NCBI RefSeq assembly: GCF_006345805.1 | Contig: NW_021824740.1 | Coordinates: 1-17,768, forward strand | Length of the DNA: 17,768 bases | Reading direction: 5' to 3' | Source of the DNA: Octopus sinensis | Lineage: Eukaryota | Shown here: in pieces, positions 10,201 to 17,768 of the stretch | How positions within the stretch are numbered: position 1 is the stretch's first letter | How the letters are laid out: every line of letters starts with the position of its first letter | Notes under the pieces: generated by a model | What the model was told of the DNA's origin: nothing | Seen by the model: only the letters and a program-made list of their open reading frames with translations | Database searches by the model: none | Position numbers and translations under genes: made by a program

Positions 10201-13200
10201 TGTATCTGAAGATATACAACTTACATATATGTATATGAAGCTATACAATTTACATATATGTATATAAAGATATACAAGTTATATATATGTATATGAAGGT
10301 ATACAAATTACATATGTATATGAAGATATACAAATTACATATATGTATACGAAGTTATACAAATTACATATATGTATATGAAGATATACAAATTACATAT
10401 ATGTATATGTATATATACAAATTACATATATGTATGTGAATATATACAAATTATATATATGTATATGAAGATATACAAATTACATATATGTATATGAATA
10501 TATACAAATTACATTTATGTATATGAATATATACAAATTAAATAGATGCATATGAATATCTACAAATTATATACATGCATATGAATATATACAAATTATA
10601 TATATGCATATGAATATATACAAATTATATATATATGCATATGAATATATACAAATTATATATATGCATATGAATATATACAAATTATATAGATGCACAT
10701 ATATATATACAAATTATATATATGCATACAAATATATACAAATTATATATATGCATACAAATATATACAAATTATATATCTGTATACAAATATATACAAA
10801 TTATATATATGTATATGAACGTATACAAATTATATATTTGTATATAAACGTATACAAATTATATATTTGTATACAAATGTATACAAATTATATATAATTA
10901 TATATATAATTTGTATATATTTATATACATATATATAAATATATACAAATTATATATATGTATATAAATATATACAAATTATATATATGTATATAAATAT
11001 ATACAGATTATATATTTGTATATGAATATATACAAATTATATATTTGTATATGAATATATACAAATTATATATATGTATATGAATATATACAAATTATAT
11101 ATGTGTATATGAATATATACAAATTATATATGTGTATATGAATATATACAAATTATATATGTGTATATGAATATATACAAATTATATATGTGTATATGAA
11201 TATATACAAATTATATATGTGTATATGAATATATACAAATTATATGTATATGAATATATACAAATTATATATATGTATATGAATATATGCAAATTATATA
11301 TATGTATATGAATATATGCAAATTATATATATGTATATGAATATATGCAAATTATATATATGTATATGATTATATGCAAATTATATATATGTATATGATT
11401 ATATGCAAATTATATATATGTATATGAATATATACAAATTATATATATGTATATGAATATATACAAATTATATATATGTATATGAATATATACAAATTAT
11501 ATATATGTACATGAATATATACAAATATATATATGTATATAAATATATATTCATATTATATATATGTATACAAATATATACAAATTATATATATGTATAC
11601 AAATATATACAAATTATATATATGTATACAAATTATATATATGTATATAAACGTATACAAATTATATATATGTCTATAAATGTATGCAAATGATATATAT
11701 GTATATAAATGTATACAAATTATATACATGTATATAAATGTATACAAATTATATACATGTATATAAATGTATACAAATTATATATATGTATATATATGTA
11801 TACAAATTATATATATGTATATAAACGTATACAAATTATATATATGTATATAAACGTATACAAATTATATATATGGATATACATGTATACAAATTATATA
11901 TATGGATATAAATGTATACAAATTATATATATATAAACAAATTATATATATGTATATAAATGTATACAAATTATATATATGTATACAAATTATATATATG
12001 TATATAAACGTATACAAATTATGTATATGTATATAAACGTATACAAATTATATATATGTATATAAATGTATACAAATTATATATATGAATATAAACGTAT
12101 ACAAATTATATATATGTATATAAATGTAAACAAATTATATATAGGTATATAAATATATACAAATTATATATATGCATATAGATATATACAAATTATATAT
12201 ATGAATATAAAATATGCAAATTATATATCTGTATACAAATATATACAAATTATATATCTGTATACAAATATATACAAATTATATATCTGTATACAAATAT
12301 ATACAACTTATATATATGTATACAAATATATACAAATTATATATATGTATACAAATTATATATTTGTATACAAACGTATACAAATTATATATTTGTATAT
12401 AAATATATACAAATTATATATGTGTATATGAATATATACAAATTATATATGTGTATATGAATATATACAAATTATATATGTGTATATGAATATATACAAA
12501 TTATATATGTGTATATGAATATATACAAATTATATATGTGTATATGAATATATACAAATTATATATATGTATATGAATATATACAAATTATATGTATATG
12601 AATATATGCAAATTATATATATGTATATGAATATATGCAAATTATATATATGTATATGAATATATGCAAATTATATATATGTATATGAATATGCAAATTA
12701 TATATATGTATATCATTAGATGCAATTTTATATATGTATATGAATATATACAAATTATATATATGTATATGAGATATATACAAATTATATATATGTATAT
12801 GAATATATACAAATTATTATATGTATATGAATATATACAAATATATATATGTATATAATATACAATATATAATATGTATACAAATATATACAAATTATAT
12901 ATATGTATACAAATTATATATATGTATATAAATGTATACAAATTATATATATGTATATAAACGTATACAAATTATATATATGTCTATAAATGTATACAAA
13001 TTATATACATGTATATAAATGTATACAAATTATATACATGTATATAAATGTATACAAATTATATACATGTATATAAATGTATACAAATTATATACATGTA
13101 TATAAATGTATACAAATTATATATATGTATACAAATTATATATATGTATATATATGTATACAAATTATATATATGTATATAAATGTATACAAATTATATA

Positions 13201-15074
13201 TATGTATATAAACGTATAAAAATTATATATATGTATATACATGTATACAAATTATATATATGGATATAAATGTATACAAATTATATATATATAAACAAAT
13301 TATATATATGTATATAAATGTATACAAATTATATATATGTAACAAATTATATATATGTATATAACGTATACAAATTATGTATATGTATATAAACGTATAC
13401 AAATTATATATATGTATATAATGTATACAAATTATATATATGAATATAAACGTATACAAATTATATATATGTATATAAATGTAAACAATTATATATATGA
13501 ATATAAACGTATACAAATTATATATATGTATATAAATGTAAACAATTATATATAGGTATAATATATATACAATTATATATATGAATATAAAATATACAAA
13601 TTATATATCTGTATACAAATATATACAAATTATATATCTGTATACAAATATATACAAATTATATATCTGTATACAAATATATACAATATATATATGTATA
13701 CAAATATATACAAATTATATATATGTATACAAATTATATATTTGTATATAAACGTATACAAATTATATATTTGTATATAAATATATACAAATTATATATT
13801 TGTATATGAATGTATACAAATTATATATATGTATATGAATATATACAAGTTATATATATGTATATGAATATATACAAGTTATATATATGTATATGTATAT
13901 ATACAAGTTATATATATGTATATGTATATATACAAGTTATATATATGTATATGAATATATACAAGTTATATATATATGTATATGAATATATACAAGTTAT
14001 ATATATATGTATATGAATATATACAAGTTATGTATATGTATATGAATATATACAAGTTATGTATATGTATATGAATATATACAAGTTATGTATATGTATA
14101 TGAATATATACAAGTTATGTATATGTATATGAATATATACAAGTTACGTATATGTATATGAATATATACAATTACGTATATGTATATGATATATACAAGT
14201 TATGTATATGTATATGAATATATACAAGTTATGTATATGTATATGAATATATACAAGTTATGTATATGTTAATGAATATATACAAGTTATGTATAGTATA
14301 TGAATATATACAAGTTATGTATGGTATATGAATAATACAAGTTATGTATATGTATATGAATATATACAAGTTATGTATATGTATATGAATATATACAAGT
14401 TATGTATATGTATATGAATATATACAGGTTATGTATATATGTATATGAAATATACAGGTTATGTATATGTATATGAATGTATACAAGTTATGTATATGTA
14501 TGTATACAAGTTATGTATATGTATGTATACAAGTTATGTATATGTATGTATACAAGTTATGTATATGTATGTATACAAGTTATGTATATGTATGTATACA
14601 AGTTATGTATATGTATGTATACAAGTTATGTATATGTATGTATACAAGTTATGTATATATATGATATTATACAAGTTATGTTATATGTATATGATATATA
14701 CAAGTTATGTATATGTATATGAATATATACAAGTTATGTATATGTATATGAATATATACAGGTTATGTATATGTATATGAATATATACAGGTTATGTATA
14801 TGTATATGAATATATACAAGTTATGTATATGGATATGTACAAGTTATGTATATGAATATGTACAAGTTATGTATATGAATATGTACAAGTTATGTATATG
14901 AATATGAATATATATTCAAGTTATATATATGAATATGAATATATATTCAAGTTATATATATGTATATGAATATATACAAGTTAAATATATGTATATGAAT
15001 ATATACAAGTTAAATATATGTATATGAATATATACAAGTTATATATATGTATATGAATATATACAAGTTATATA
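4288..15074. repeat. AT-rich minisatellite array, ~10.8 kb, 29-bp unit approx. CAAATTATATATATGTATATGAATATATA
   Basis: Period 29 read directly (CAAATT at 5704 and 5733). A 21-bp variant occurs near 6200-6320 and 7420-7600, and a 23-bp variant near 14480-14650, matching the 7-aa and 23-aa periodicity in the spurious ORFs. Interrupted at 9191-9574. Confidence 0.97.
9191..9574 (-). mobile_element. Complete non-autonomous Helitron, 384 bp
   Basis: Minus strand: 5'-TCTCTCTCTATATAAAC...CCCGAGCAACGCCGGG (hairpin, 9203-9218) + 8 nt + CTAG-3'. Inserted between A and T with no TSD; removing it restores the satellite unit (ATGTATA|TGAATATATACAA). Confidence 0.9.
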
Positions 15075-15399
15075 GAGTTGATTAACTGTTAAAGTGGACG
15101 GACGTCTATTTGTTTCTCTCCCAAGTCAGTAGCAAGCTACACAGCTTCAAAACTAACTGACCTTAAATATATATATATTTGTAACCACGTGTTTGCCTAC
15201 AAACCCGTAAGTACGTTTTCATTTAACTACAAATTGTTATATACACCTGTTTTTCTTTTAATATCCTCAAACAAACAAATAATCAAAAACTCACACCCTT
15301 ATGAGAGAACATTTATATATATATACACTTCTTTAACTCCCAAGAAAGAATATATATATTTTCAAAAATCAAAAGGAAAACAAACAAAAGAAAACAAAC

Positions 15400-16622
15400 A
15401 TGACTAACTTGCAGGCCTGCAACAGACGAAATTGGTCTGATAACGAAATTGATGTTTTAATAAACACATGGTTCTCTCTTTCCCAAACAGAAAATCTAAA
15501 TGTCTTGTGTTTGAATGAGATTGCCGAAAAACATCACAAGTGGTCAACACACGATCCGTCAAACAGATTCGTAGCAAGTTGAAACATATCGAAGTATCTT
15601 TCAAACTGATAAGAGGCCATTATGAAAAGCTTCTACATATTTTCCCAATTCAAGAACAACACAGCTAGAAAATCAGCAGCCACAACAACAACAACAACAG
15701 AATGAGCCACTCCTGGTTCCCAGCACAATGGCTGACCCTCACATCGGTCAAGCACAACAACAACAACAGCCACAGCAACAAGAACAACAGCCACTCCTCA
15801 ACTCTAGCTTACTAGATGATTCACTAAATGCCAGTATCTTTCACGCTCTCACAGCAACCACCACAATTATCATCATCATCATCACCACCGCTGCCACCAT
15901 CGTCTTCTATCACCAAAAAATACCAACAGAAAACCAAATAAGAAACCACTGCCCTCTTCCCCCACATCACCACCTCAATACTACTGCAGTAACAAAAACT
16001 TAAAGAAACATAGGAAGCAGAATGCGCCCCCCACGGCACAAACAAGAAATCCCCAAATATGCCGCTATTCACTGCGCCAGAGACTCTGCACAAATAGTGA
16101 CTGCATCTTCACGCATCTACCCGGCACTAGACGCACTACCGGCCAAGGCCATAGCCGCATCCCACAATACATCAAACACCACCAATAGTAAATCGAAATT
16201 CAAAACACACACAACTCGGAGTCCCAAAATCTGCCGGTATTCCCAACGTGAGAGAGAACATGTCTACTGAGTGACTGTCCCTTCACTCATCTTCCAGGGA
16301 CCCGACGCACAAACAGAAACGGGGCCTCAAGCCAAACACACAAACCTGAATAACAATAAAAATAGAAACACACCATGCTGCAGTAATGCTGGTCCAGTCT
16401 TTTCAGGAAGACAAAAAACAACAACAACAAAAGTGGAAACTACAACCCTATCCAACAGTGCAACCACACCTCCAGCCAAAAACTGCTCCCTAAGCAGGGA
16501 AAAATTCTTTTTTAGCCATGTTGAACATGGCAAAAGAGATACACAAAAACATTCTAGCCATCACTCAACACCATCCTATGCTATTACCCCAGTGCACCAA
16601 TTCCCCACATTGCTGCCACTAA
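15400..16622 (+). pseudogene. LINE ORF1-like remnant: Myb/SANT-like domain + polyQ + 2 CCCH fingers + C-terminal helix
   Basis: Manually joined over several frameshifts: RRNWSDNEIDVLINTW..RSVKQIRSKLKHIE; QQPQQQQQQ; CRYSLRQRLCTNSDCIFTH (16060-16116); CRYSQRERxCLLSDCPFTH (16232-16290); FLAMLNMAKEIHKNILA..TAA (16620-16622). Confidence 0.62.
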
Positions 16623-16684
16623 CACACACAAAAAATCCAAGCCCCCTGCAACAGTCAAAACCAGCCACTACACTAACCTCCACA

Positions 16685-17768
16685 TTCCTACTCAATGCAC
16701 AAGGTGTCAGCCCTTCCATCAATGCACAAAAATGGAAGGTCCAATTCATTGAAGACTGGGTTGGTAACCATTCACACCACATCCCTTTCTTCATTCTCAC
16801 TGAGACCTACCTTGACAACTCCCACTTGGAAGCCGAAGTGAGAGTGTGAAGAATTTCACAACCATCCGCGCGGATCGTATCGGCAGGAGGAAGGGTGGAA
16901 CTGCCATTTTCCTGCTGATTTCATTTACGGCAGATGGAAATAGTATATTCTCCAACGGCTACTGTGAATCAGTCACCGTGCACAACAAAGCCAATGACCT
17001 GACAGTAATTGGGCTCTATTGGCCGCCCCAAACACCCATACTGTGTTAAAGAATGCCTCAACAGCATTAAGTGCTTTATTCAACAGTGCCATTCTAGCAA
17101 CATACTCATGATGGGAGACTTCAATCTACCCTGTGTTGACTGGACTACAAATGTTTGAAACCAAGCACTCCCGCCTCAACCGCTGACAAAGAAGCAGCAG
17201 AGGTCACTTTTCGACTTTACGAATGAGATTTTTTCTTGTCCCAACTTGTCCTTGCACCAACAAGACATCAGAACATTTTGGACCTAGTGTTTAGTAACCA
17301 CACTAACACTATACATAACGTTACAGTGGAAGAAACCCTTCTTTCAGACCATGACAGGGTTCTCTGTAACATAAAATTCCACCAGCCGAAAGCTAATCCT
17401 AGTGACCTTCCTCCAGCCCACCCATTTGACAACATGGATCTCCATAAAGCCAACTGGGATGCAATCAGGAACGAGCTATCAAATGTTGACTGGTCCTTAC
17501 ACATACACACATCTCCCCAACCATAAAAACATCTTGGCAGATCTTTGTAGACACCGTCACAGACATATGTGCAAAACACTCCCCACCAAACCTGTGAACA
17601 AAAAGTGCAGAATCCCCAAAAACAGAAACAACCATTATCAGAAAAATATAAAGAACAAACAAAAAAATTAACAAACTAAAGTACTGCCAACAGCAACACA
17701 CACATTCGACGGCTATCGCACTGCTTGAATCCAAAAAATATAACCTCCAACAATGCATGAAGACCCTC
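16685..17768 (+). pseudogene. LINE ORF2 N-terminus: apurinic-like endonuclease (EEP fold), frameshifted
   Basis: Motifs in the expected order: LNAQG (16691), LTETYL, RADRIGRRKGGTAI, LYWPP (YRPP-like), GDFNLP (17114), LDLVFSN, SDH (17344). Several 1-2 nt frameshifts. Confidence 0.93.

Larger units (their letters stand above)
15400..17768 (+). mobile_element. CR1-like LINE (APE-type non-LTR retrotransposon), 5' part, truncated by window end
   Basis: ORF1-like region followed by an APE endonuclease and the post-EN motif KANWDAIRNELSNVDW, of the kind seen in CR1/L2-group ORF2. RT is not in the window, so the clade call is tentative. The 5' UTR may extend back to ~15075. Confidence 0.85.

Noticed and set aside
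4267-14780. Dozens of Y/I/M/C-rich ORFs
   Set aside because: Translations of the AT-rich minisatellite; peptide periodicity equals the repeat period.
4288-15080. Whole satellite as the internal array of one giant Helitron
   Set aside because: No hairpin-CTAG or convincing TC terminus at either array edge; TATATAGAG near 15070 is too short to count.
15404-17758. Minus-strand ORFs across the LINE
   Set aside because: Antisense shadows of the C/A-rich plus-strand coding sequence with no recognisable motifs.

Overview
Non-genic, repeat-dominated DNA from an AT-rich animal genome. The repeat style reminds me of cephalopod (Octopus-like) assemblies, but I cannot verify this. No intact host gene is evident. 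In order: (1) a decayed DD34D mariner (75-2630, minus) with a decayed DD41D rosa-type Tc1/mariner nested inside it (1181-2475, plus); (2) a ~630 bp (AAGCC)n array, two identical GC-rich 67-nt hairpin units, a Helitron-like 5' end and a 42-bp palindrome with CTAG at both ends (3.0-3.94 kb); (3) a ~10.8 kb AT-rich minisatellite with a 29-bp unit, variant blocks, kb-scale duplications and embedded inverted units, interrupted by a complete 384-bp non-autonomous Helitron (9191-9574); (4) the 5' part of a frameshifted CR1-like LINE running off the window end. Its ORF1 appears to combine a Myb/SANT-like domain, a polyQ linker and two CCCH zinc fingers, followed by the ORF2 APE endonuclease. Most ORFs in the supplied track (LAWLG-, QAKPS- and YI-rich) are repeat translation artefacts.
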